In this document: piece after piece, positions 54,060-64,000 of the stretch
Position numbering within the stretch: the stretch's first letter is position 1
Layout: the number at the start of each line of letters is the position of its first letter
Source: Mytilus edulis
Lineage: Eukaryota
Length of the DNA stretch: 64,000 nucleotides
Assembly (NCBI RefSeq): GCF_963676685.1
Contig: NC_092348.1
Location: 19,840,001 to 19,904,000, forward strand
Reading direction: 5' to 3'
The notes under the pieces: model-generated
What the model was told of the DNA's origin: nothing
What the model saw: only the letters and a program-made list of their open reading frames with translations
The model's database searches: none
Position numbers and translations under genes: made by a program

Positions 54060-56345
54060 ATCACCAATCGATTAAATCTAATTTAAGTTACTTATTTATA
54101 CACCCAGCTCAAGCAACTAATCTTAACTGACAAGAAAAGTAAGGGTACACAACCGACATCAGTACTAGTACTGCTCGGGTTACCGGTTTCATGTTACATT
54201 ATCTCAACGGCATTTAATACATACAACCAGGCATAACTTTTCTTTACTAATGATTCATTTTTCCCGATTTTCAACCTCTATATAGTGTTTTGGTCAGTTT
54301 TACCCCCAAAATGACCCTCAAACCCAACAGAAGCCAAATTAAAAAAAAATATGATCAAATCGTTTAACCCTTTAGCCCCCAATCCCACCTGTAGGCGTGA
54401 TGGCGACAACCATTATTTGATGGCCCGTATGACCCTCCATACTTTTTTAACTGTCCCAGCTGAACTGTAATGATAGCAGATACTTCAACCAAGCAATTCA
54501 ATGGTCCATAAACTCTTCTCAGATGTCTGTTCATGAAAATATGGCAGTTTGAAAGCCGTTCGAGAGTTTAAAATCGGAAAAACGTGAAAAGTAGGCAGAA
54601 TCAGGTGGGGTGGGCATCTTTTGATGGCACTACGTAACTGGAAGGGACTGTAGGTATAAACTATTATCCTAAATGCATGCATAGTTGGTACAGGAACACA
54701 ACGAGGTATAATATGGCCAATAGGAATTTAGTTTGTAAATTCTAGGTCACCGTTTTGTCAAAAATCAGTAAAAACGGACATTTATGCAGACCTGACTTGA
54801 CAATAATAATTCCCAAGCAAGACACTCAAGTCCCACATATTCCCAGTTAGCATGAATGGACTGCTGTAACGATAGGGTAAATACCCTAATGACAAAAAAA
54901 AACACAGTGTTGTCAATGTTCACCTCTCAAGGTCGTTTTAAAATTGGAAATAGACGGAAAATTACCATTTTTCAGTGGGGGTGGGTTCAAACCCACGAGA
55001 AAATGCTGGGTGCCAAACCTCATTTCACCTTTCATCTTTGAAGAATTCCGTTACGAAGATATGTATTCCTTTCAAACGAATACAATTTAGCTATTGTTTA
55101 TAAATAATATCCGAGAAACTCACCTTCACTATTGTCGAATGAATTTTAGACAAGAGGTCAAGGTAAAAATAACTCTGCGGGAAAGACAAGTACACCGTAG
55201 AATATGGAATTTGATTATTTCTTTTTACTGTTTCCACGGGTCATTCAAAGGGAATCAATTATTTTTCTTGACAAGCAGTATCACGAATAATCAAAGTGCT
55301 TGTTATCATGCTCTTTTTTTCAGTGGAAAGTTAAAATAAACATTGCATTATGGACGAAAAGACAACTCTAATTTTTAAAGATTACACCATTGATGATTTC
55401 AGAACATATATTAGATTTCAGCACCTTGTACAAGCTATGTAATTTTCTCGACAAATACAACATCATTTTGTAACTTGAATATCTGGAAATGTTCATAAAT
55501 AGGATGTTCAGAAGGTTATGATGAATGCCCTATATTTTGTGCATCTCAAAACAAAGTGATAACCCTTGGAAGATTTAGATATTAAGCGTCAGTACCCTAG
55601 GGTTTTGATTGATTTTCATGCATTCTTTAGCCCAAAATGGATGCAACGGGTTTCAAATTCTTCAAAACTCCATATCGATTGTTAATTCAACTAGCCCCTT
55701 CTGATAGGGTAAATTTCATCTTTCAAAGCCACATACTTCTTAAATTCAATATGTTCAATGACTAGTATCAATCCACCAAAACCACTTATTCTAAAAGATA
55801 ACCAATGTATCACTGTAGTGATGTGTATTTATATCTTTTATATGTATTAATATTTGTATCAGTAAATTAAAACCATACTATGATGGTTATACTTATATAT
55901 TTAGTTTCATTGTACTAATCTGTTGATATCAATATTTTGGCATGGCACAAGATCGGGTTTTTCTCTTGACTGTTACTATTTGATGTGTAGTGATAGATAT
56001 TCTATATGTGCCTGTTCAAAGCTAAGAGCATGTAGTTTAGTGGTTGTTGTTGGATTCTGTCCCGTTATATTTGTCGTCTTAGATTTTCTGAAAATTCTTG
56101 TAGGGCCTTCTACAGTCGACTATTTGGTATGGATTTGTTAGAGTACCGTATTGTTGCCTTATATGCATCGTTGCTACATATAGCCAAGAATTAGAGACCA
56201 GTCCCGTTCTCTAAAATGTTGGCTTGATCTGACAGATGGAGAGGAACTTCTGAGGAAAGGACTGATTGCAGTCTTTGGCTAGCGAAGATGTCTCATTGGC
56301 AATCAAACCACATCTACATGTACTGTCTTATTTTTATATTAATAT

Positions 56346-56801
56346 ATCGTCGCTGGGTTTCCAAAATGTTGTAAATTACAATTTTATCAAGAACAAAATT
56401 TCTCACAAACAGGCTTTGAAAATTTTGACAAAATGCATGCTTCCAAAATGTCGAATGTGAACTTGAACATTTTTGTTAATAGCAGTGAAATAAAAACTTT
56501 GACATTTCTTGATTATATAAGAAGTTTAATTATTTTCACAGAAATAATGAAATGTATGATTATTTTATTCCCAAAGCCATTATACAACAGTTTTCAAGTT
56601 TTCATACAACATTTTGGAAGTAAACTCTACAAATAACTGACATTGGCAATTTTGTAATATGTCTTATTTCAAAAGTTTTGATTGGTCTAACTGTATGCTA
56701 TTTTGTAATACCAAAGATTTCTTCCGCCCAGACCATTGGTGTCAATAAGTATTTTTTAGCCAAAAAAGTCATATACGACATTTTGGAAGCCCAGCGACGA
56801 T
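56346..56801. mobile_element. MITE with ~27-bp terminal inverted repeats
   Basis: ATCGTCGCTGGGTTTCCAAAATGTTGTA ... TACGACATTTTGGAAGCCCAGCGACGAT. Confidence 0.8.
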
Positions 56802-57075
56802 GGATATGTAGATGATATTGTTGTGGAGATTTTTCTATCCATCTGCATGTGTTTAAGGTTAATAGCAAATCAAGAGCTGCACCATGACGGCATGATACAA
56901 CCCTCCCTTTTTCAATTAATTAATTTCCATAACTCCTCAATGTCACAAGAAATTGATGGAAAAACTTGCGAGGTTATATATATAAAATTAATTCACCAAA
57001 GTTTGATGCAAACAAGTTTATGCATGTTGATAACAGATTTTAAGATAAAGGTATACCATAATACGTCCTGTAAAT

Positions 57076-57231
57076 GAGGCCCCTCATGGGGGGTCCTAGT
57101 AATCACATAATCATTAAATATTTGCTTATCTTTAGTAATCAAATAATCATGAAATATTTGGCTTAATAATCAAATAATCATTAAAAAAACGGCCAAGTAA
57201 TCACATAATCAAAAACCCCATGAGGGCCCTC
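57076..57231. mobile_element. 156-bp MITE with 6-bp target-site duplication
   Basis: GTAAAT|GAGGCCCCTCATGGGG ... CCCCATGAGGGCCCTC|GTAAAT, with four internal TAATCA(C/A)ATAATCA repeats. Confidence 0.85.
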
Positions 57232-57602
57232 GTAAATGGGCATATAAAGATTACTATTGACTTGATTTTGGTTATATTGTTTCTCATTATTCAACTGCTT
57301 GTACATCATCCATCCTTGGCATTCAACATTTTGGGCTTTATATGGTTTCTCATGAAAAACAACTTTTCCATTCCTGCCTAACTTTGCTTTACTACAAGTA
57401 TATTAAAACCAACATGTCAGCAAGGGCCCTAGCCTGCTTGCCAAAATTATTGTGTGGTACAGAGACTAAAGTATACAAAGCTGTTCATGTTCCCGGATAA
57501 TTGTCAATTTTCATAAATTTCAATTGACCTCTAAAGTGTTTGCCAATGAATACAAGTTTAGTTAAATTGATTGATTTTTTGGTGCTTTATCGCCACTTTT
57601 AA

Positions 57603-58103
57603 GGAAGCTCATGGGTACAAAAATTTCAGCATTCATTATATATTTATTTATTACACTATTAATTATTACTTTATGATATGGTACAAAAATCGATTCTGTT
57701 TCGCACCAGATGACTTAAAATATTTTTCTCATTGAAAAGCTCCAGATTATCTCCCTTTGGTGCAAAAATGCCATTTTTTGGCATTGAAATTGAAAGATCT
57801 TTTTTAACTCGTATGTGACGTATATTTTTTTTATTATTGTTTTCAAATAAACTAAATAATTGTAAAATTTAAGTGATTTCTGTAATTAAGTTCTTTTTTT
57901 ATTTCGATATTAACTCTATTTCTCCTATTAGTTCAACAGAAAAAAAGGACATCAACAAAAAAGTATGCTTCTTTCGGAGGCAGATTGTTAGCTTAAATGA
58001 ACAGTGACCCCATTTTTTTTAGTATATGATAAAGTTCATTTATAAAAAATACAGCGAAATCCTATATTAAAAAATAAAAATCGATTTATACCCGTGAGCC
58101 CCC
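57603..58103. mobile_element. Non-autonomous DNA transposon with TTAA target duplication (Kolobok-like)
   Basis: TTAA|GGAAGCTCATGGGTA ... TACCCGTGAGCCCCC|TTAA. Confidence 0.7.
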
Positions 58104-58788
58104 TTAAGACCACATTTAGGCTATTTTGTGGTGGCCAGTTTTTATTGTTTGAGGAAGCCAGAGTGCCTGGAGAAAACCATCGACCTTCAAAAGAATCAAA
58201 GCCTTAAAGGCTGTAAAAGCAATTGCTGCCATGTTAATGTTTGGGGACTTTTATTTTTCATCCACATATATACAAGAATTAAACCTGACATGAGTGTTGT
58301 CTAGTTAAAAGTAAGAAGGTTTTAACTTTATATAAATAAAAGACTTTAGCAGAAAGTCATTTTTAATATGTTTTATATTTCACAAGGAGACAACACTTTT
58401 ACCAGGCTAAAGTTGGGGTCAAATATACATGTGCTGAAACATATAACTCAAAAAGAAATCATCATGGATTATCCCCTGGTAGTGTTTGTAACTTCCTTGG
58501 CAATAATTTCCTTTTATATTGATTTAATTTTAACAATTTTCATTATTAATTTATATTTAACCATTAACACAAATGATTAAGTTAAAACATTTCAACTTTC
58601 CAGACGCAAATGTTAAAAAACGGGAAAGAAATAAAATATCTTACAAGACATAAACATGTAAAGAATAAATGTATATTTCAGCTTATTAAAAATATTTTCA
58701 TAATGTTACTTTGTCATCATTTTTAAAACTAAGTTCCAAACATTATTGCTCAGTTGATATGTGTCCTTCTGATGCGGTACGAGCACAG

Positions 58789-58875
58789 GCACTTGTTTCT
58801 ATCCATAGGAAGGTCGATTATCCATATAATATTTTTATATGGATAGTCGACCTTCCTATGGATAGAAACAAGTGC
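58789..58875. repeat. Near-perfect 87-bp hairpin (41-bp arms, 5-nt loop)
   Basis: GCACTTGTTTCTATCCATAGGAAGGTCGATTATCCATATAA-TATTT-TTATATGGATAGTCGACCTTCCTATGGATAGAAACAAGTGC, with a single T:G mismatch. Confidence 0.95.
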
Positions 58876-60271
58876 ATGTGGGTACGAGATAACTACAATT
58901 CTCATGCAATTCAACGGGGCCAGCTGAAGGACGCCTCCGGGTGCGGGAATTTTTCGCTGCATTGAAGACCTGTTGGTGACCTTAATTCTGCTGTTGTATG
59001 TTTTTCTATGGTCGGGTTGTTGTCTCTTTGACAAATTCCCCATTTCCATTCTCAATTTTATTATACGAACAAGAACAAACAGCTCTACGTTGCTTTGATA
59101 TTTATCAATTTTTAGGAAACATTGCGAAAAATGATCTTCAATATTTCGAAAACATGTGAAATAAAATTGCTAACACGGTGGACCGTCGAGTGTCAACAAA
59201 CGTAGTAGACTTGTTAACTGAAAAGACGAGGATAATGGTTTCATCTGACATTTGTTATGCAAACCCAGTTTTGATCATGATATTTAAAAAGACGTACTTT
59301 TTTTCAATCTATGTATTAATAAACTAGAAAATTCCAAATTGTAAATATCTCTTCATCTGGACCGACTTGGCATCTACTACGTTTGGACGGGTCCATTTCA
59401 TTAGTAAGGCGATCGATAAATATTACGGAGTTTTGACAGAAAAGGAAAACGAACTTATTGTTATGTGTTTTCAACAAAAGGTTTCGTTCCGCTAAATTAT
59501 TTGCGCAAATAAAGTTTGTCTATTTTTAGATTACAGGTAATAATTTGACACTACGCATTAACCTGTGTAGTGATTTTGATTTTACGATAAATGTATGAAT
59601 GAACGATAATTTTATGAATGAACAAGAGCACCTGACCTCTTAAAGAAACACAAATTAAACATAAAAAACCGTATTTATCAGAAGATAATTCAGTTAAATT
59701 TTCAATACTAAATCAACAACTGAAATGAATCCATATTTTGTTGAAACATCGTACGAACGGCGGAAAACGGAATCGCATTTATAAAAATGTACTTTTTTTC
59801 ACTCGGACTTCTATGTTATTTGATAGTCAAACGGTTGACCCTTTAAATACAAAAATACATCTACAAGAACATATTCTGAAACTTCTTAAATCCACTAACT
59901 TTTTTTTAAAGTTTCAAGCTATGTATTGCATTAGAAAACATACATAGGTGTTAAAGAATGACTGACCAGGAGCCTGTTTAACAAAATACTATGGCTTGAT
60001 CTGGGTCACAAAGATGGCCATACGCGACGGCATAAAAGCAATTGCTTTAAAAACTAGCAATCCTAGAGTCAAATTAGATTGGAGTAAGTTTAGTTAAAAT
60101 CCAATACTATGTATTTTGTTTTTTGAAACGGGCAACCATATTGCAATAGCAAACCATACTGCACCGTGACCTGGTGTCACATTTTTTTATACCTTTATAT
60201 CAATTCTGTTGAAATCAGACATGTAGACAGACGGACAAAGTGGTTACTATATTGCACCCAAATCAATTACC

Positions 60272-61369
60272 AACAAGAGGCTGTCACAACGACAGCAAAC
60301 CGGATTTATTAATATTTATTTGTGTCCTGGCAATATCACAAGAACCATTACTGATGAATGGTGAAAGTGAAAATCGTCAATATCAAATTTGACCTCCATT
60401 TTGTCATCAGTATCAACATCTTAAAATTTGAAAAGCTTAGATTGAATGGTTCATGAGTAAATGCAACAACGTGAATGGAAACGCCATTTCACAATCTTTC
60501 AAGAACCACAACTCCTGAACGGTAAAAGTCAAAATCATCATTATTGAACTTGACCTCTAATTTGCCATCAGTAACAACATATAAAAATTTCAAAAGCTTT
60601 GGTTGAATGGTTCATGAGAAAATGCACGGACACGACTGGAAACACCATTTTTCAATCTTTCAAGAACCATAACTCCTGAACGGTAAAAGTCAAAATCGTC
60701 ATTATTGAACTTGACTTCTATTTTGTCATCAGTAACAACATATTAAAATTTTGGAAGCTTTGGTAAAACAGTTCATGCGTAAATGCATGGACACGACTGG
60801 AAACACCATTTTTCAATCTTTCAAGAACCATAACTCCTGAACGGTTAAAGTCAAAATCGTCATTATTGAACTTGACCTCCATTTTGTCATCAGTAACAAC
60901 ATAATAAAATTTGGGAAGCTTAGGTAGAACAGTTCATGCGTAAATGCACGGACACGACTGGAAACTCCATTTTTCAATCTTTCAAGAACCATAACTCCTG
61001 AACGGTAAAAGTCAAAATCGCCATTATTGAACTTGACCTCCATTTTGTCATCAGTAACAACATATTAAAATTTGGGAAGCTTAGGTAGAACAGTTCATGC
61101 GTAAATGCACGAAAACGACTGGAAACTCCATTTTTCAATCTTTCAAGAACCATAACTCCTGAACGGTAAAAGTCAAAATCGCCATTATTGAACTTGACCT
61201 TCATTTAGTTGTCAGTAACAACATATTAAAATTTTAAAAGCTTTGGTTGAACGGTTCATGAGTTAATGCACGGACAACATTTGATTGCCGCCCGCCCGCC
61301 CGACCGCCCGCCCGCCGTACATCCCCAAATCAATAACCGACATTTTTGTCACAAAAATCCGGTTAAAAA
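60272..61369. mobile_element. Helentron-associated (HINE/DINE-1-like) element carrying a 161-bp tandem array
   Basis: About 5.5 units of 161 bp (~60370-61270; ORF starts 60813 and 60974 differ by 161), a (CCGC)n microsatellite at ~61287-61317, sub-terminal inverted repeats AACCGGATTT/AAATCCGGTT, and hairpins GCTGTC..GACAGC and ATTTTTGT-C-ACAAAAAT. Confidence 0.75.
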
Positions 61370-61670
61370 CTTTAATTAACCAACAGGAGAATCCATATGT
61401 ACCCTTGAGTCTCCACCATGTTGTTAAAAACACAATTCAAACGCTAAAATAATCTGCAGTCATGAAATGATTGATTGATGCTCATGTCATAAAGTCCAGT
61501 AGCATATATTTCATACATATTCAAGACTAATCAAGAAAAAATAGGACAAGTAATGACTTTTTCTCATAGAGCTAGTCATCCAGGCCAGGTAATCTATAAA
61601 ACTTTTTTCTCTCTCAAATAATCAGAAGAATTTTTTTCCATATTTTTTTTTTAATTGACACAAGAGTAGT

Positions 61671-61889
61671 TTATTTTTTAGGCTTGTTAGCCTCTTCCTC
61701 AGCCTTCTGTTTAGCCTTCTTTTCCCTGTATCCCACCAATCTAGCGGCTGCACGGGCCTGTCGGAGTGCAGTGAAAGCACTGAATTTCTTCTCCTCATCA
61801 GTGATCTTCCTTGCTTTCTCTGTTTTAGCGATATTGGTAATAGGCATCACTGCTCCCTTCAGTTGTTTAGCCATCTTTATCTCTTCAGC
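61671..61889 (-). CDS. RPL13: 60S ribosomal protein L13 (eL13), last coding exon
   Basis: AG acceptor at 61891-61890; [72 protein letters not shown] matches the eL13 C-terminus (AEELKLATQL.G.VMP...EKARVITEEEK.F.AF..LR.ARA.ARL.G.R). No upstream exons were found in the window. Confidence 0.95.
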   Translation of the reverse strand, partial: AEEIKMAKQLKGAVMPITNIAKTEKARKITDEEKKFSAFTALRQARAAARLVGYREKKAKQKAEEEANKPKK

Positions 61890-62274
61890 CTGGAAATTTG
61901 ATCATAAAAAACTTAATTACAGATAATTGTAACTACTCAATGACATGTTATTTTCATATACCAATATGTTATTCTTTGTATATAGTCTGAAAACAGATTA
62001 TAAGTTCTGTGAACACATTTATTCTGTCAGAAACCTATAATGTGTCAAATGTTAAATTACAACCTGTATCAAGCTTGAATATTGTGTCCATTTTTGCCAA
62101 CTGTTCAGAGTTTGACCTCTGGAATTGTATCCAGCTGCTCACGGCCAAGCTGTTTATTTGTTAATTGTTTAATTATAAATTTGATTGTTATTTTTTTTAT
62201 TGTTTTGTTTCACACTATCATACCTTTCACAGCCAAGTTTAAGCTATGGAGTTTTCTCATACATGTAGTTGAAT

Positions 62275-62395
62275 AGGGGCTGAGTGGTTTAAGTAGTAAC
62301 ACTATGTATCATTAGTCTGTCAACATGGAGGATGTGAGTTTGAATATGGCACCTAGCAGGAGTACTCAACACTAAACTCAATTGACTACGATTTG
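62275..62395 (+). mobile_element. Degenerate tRNA-derived SINE head
   Basis: A-box-like GGCTGAGTGGTTTAAG and B-box-like GTGAGTTTGAAT; a probable related reverse piece lies at ~20700-20850. Confidence 0.4.
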
Positions 62396-64000
62396 TTTGG
62401 AATCAAAATACTTATACACAAGTTATATATAATTCTTGACCTGAAACTAGTGTCTTGGGGCCCCTTTTTTTAGGTTAAGACCATCATCCCCCAACAACAA
62501 TTCCAACCTTCCTTTTGTGGTATTGAACCTTCTGGTTAAATTTTAAAAAGATCCATACACTTTTTAAAACTAAAAGTTATCGTCTTAGTCCAGTCAAAGT
62601 AAGTTTGAACATCAGACTAATTGCAACAGAAAATGTGTTAACTCTTATCTATACCATTTAGCCAAAAGTATACACAGAAAAAAGTCCCATAAAATCTAAC
62701 TGGAGGAACACTCAAAAATCAGTTTTTAATACCTATGGAAATAAACATTGGAAAGGGAGATAACTCTGCAAAAATAAGTCTTTAATTGGGTCAGTTTTTG
62801 GTCGATTTTCTTAAAATTCATGTCAAGTTTGATACTTTGATGAGGTTATAAGTTTGTTTTTGACTACATTATATAATCTTCTGCTCATGAAATGTACAAA
62901 ACCGAAGTGTTATTGGTATTTTAAAATTTTTTGGCACATTTTTCATTAAATAAATTGCAAATTTATCGCTTCGTGAATATTTTGAAAAAATAATGTGCAT
63001 ATTTGGTATTGTTTATATCTGCAAATTATATTTGTTCAGCATCTACCTTGTTTTGGGATACTTTGCACCATTATATATATAATTAAAAGAATAGATGCTT
63101 AATTATTTTAAATTAAATTTGAGATTCTTTACCTTGGCATGTTGAAAAATCTAACAAATGGTCAACTAGTGAATTATGTAATCTAGGTTGTAGCTTGATA
63201 AAAGATATGAAAACACCTTTAGGTACCAGTCTTGTATTACAACTCCAGTTTCCGGTGCATGTCTCAAAGCATGGAGGGAAACAAAATAGTGCATTTTTTT
63301 CTGAATATTTTTTCTGAACTCAATTTTTTCTGTTTGATTATAGGTTTATGCTGAATTGAAACATATATATAGACTTTAAAAAAATCTTGCATCTTTTGGG
63401 GGATATCAATCCATGAAAGTGGAAGGATATCATGTTTACTGGAAGTGGTGCGGCCTAGTAAAAAAAGAAACAGAAAGTAGAAAAAAAATGTTTTGACTTC
63501 AGGATTACGTAACTTTTTATTCTTCATGGCATGACCCACTTTTTTTTCGATTAAATCACAATTCCACATTAGTACATACATTATATGAACATGAATTTTT
63601 TTTCTATATGTATCATTTTTTATTTTTTTTACTTCCAAAGATCAGCTGTTTTGCATGCAAGCCTATGGAGCAGTCAATTAGAAGACTGCAACCTTTAGAG
63701 TTGTTTGTTATACTCTAAAGACGGCTAAAATATCAAGAATCAATACATTCTGTTGAATAGAAGCGGTAAAGTTAGAACTTTGTATCAATTTTAATTGATA
63801 TTTTTGCCTTTCTTGTAGTTATCTTCCACTTCTATGCAAATCTCAACAGGAATTTTAAAATTGTTTATTTTTAGTTTTAATTAAGTTAGATTTTGTTGGA
63901 TTTTTTTCTGTGTATATTTGGGGTATAATGGTTAAGATTAAAACTTAAAAATCTTCTGTTGCAATTACTTTAAGGTTAGGGTCAAATTTATGCTAGATTG

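Noticed and set aside
60813-61204. Two near-identical 76-aa ORFs
   Set aside because: Products of the 161-bp tandem repeat; the unit length is not a multiple of 3.
61684-61926. Plus-strand hydrophobic 80-aa ORF
   Set aside because: Antisense of the Lys/Glu-rich RPL13 exon.
61890-64000. Intronic snoRNA or further RPL13 exons
   Set aside because: No convincing C/D box pair with terminal stem and no eL13-coding segment could be read here; a covariance-model search would be needed.

Overview
AT-rich, intron-rich animal genomic DNA. The gene content and repeat families point to a bivalve mollusc, probably a mytilid mussel (inference). Left to right: (1) the 3' end of an inhibitory serpin (P1 Arg); (2) a Tigger/pogo transposase fossil; (3) a complete 5-exon, 626-aa membrane NIT-domain guanylyl cyclase on the minus strand; (4) a decayed SMB-domain 7TM receptor pseudogene; (5) the main result, a cluster of secreted Spaetzle-like cystine-knot genes that the ORF track shows only in fragments; (6) a TE-rich interval; (7) the last exon of RPL13. 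I spliced the cluster by hand into two paralogous types, A and B. Each has 5 coding exons, a signal peptide, an acidic pro-region and a strongly basic Tyr/Trp/Cys-rich cystine-knot domain ending RLPQCCEC. The A-B pair is present twice as a ~10-11 kb inverted duplication (A1+ B1+ ... B2- A2-), with an orphan B last exon in the spacer. The A copies are diverging rapidly (about 37/190 aa differ) while the B copies are nearly frozen (about 5/190). All counts are manual and no database searches were possible.
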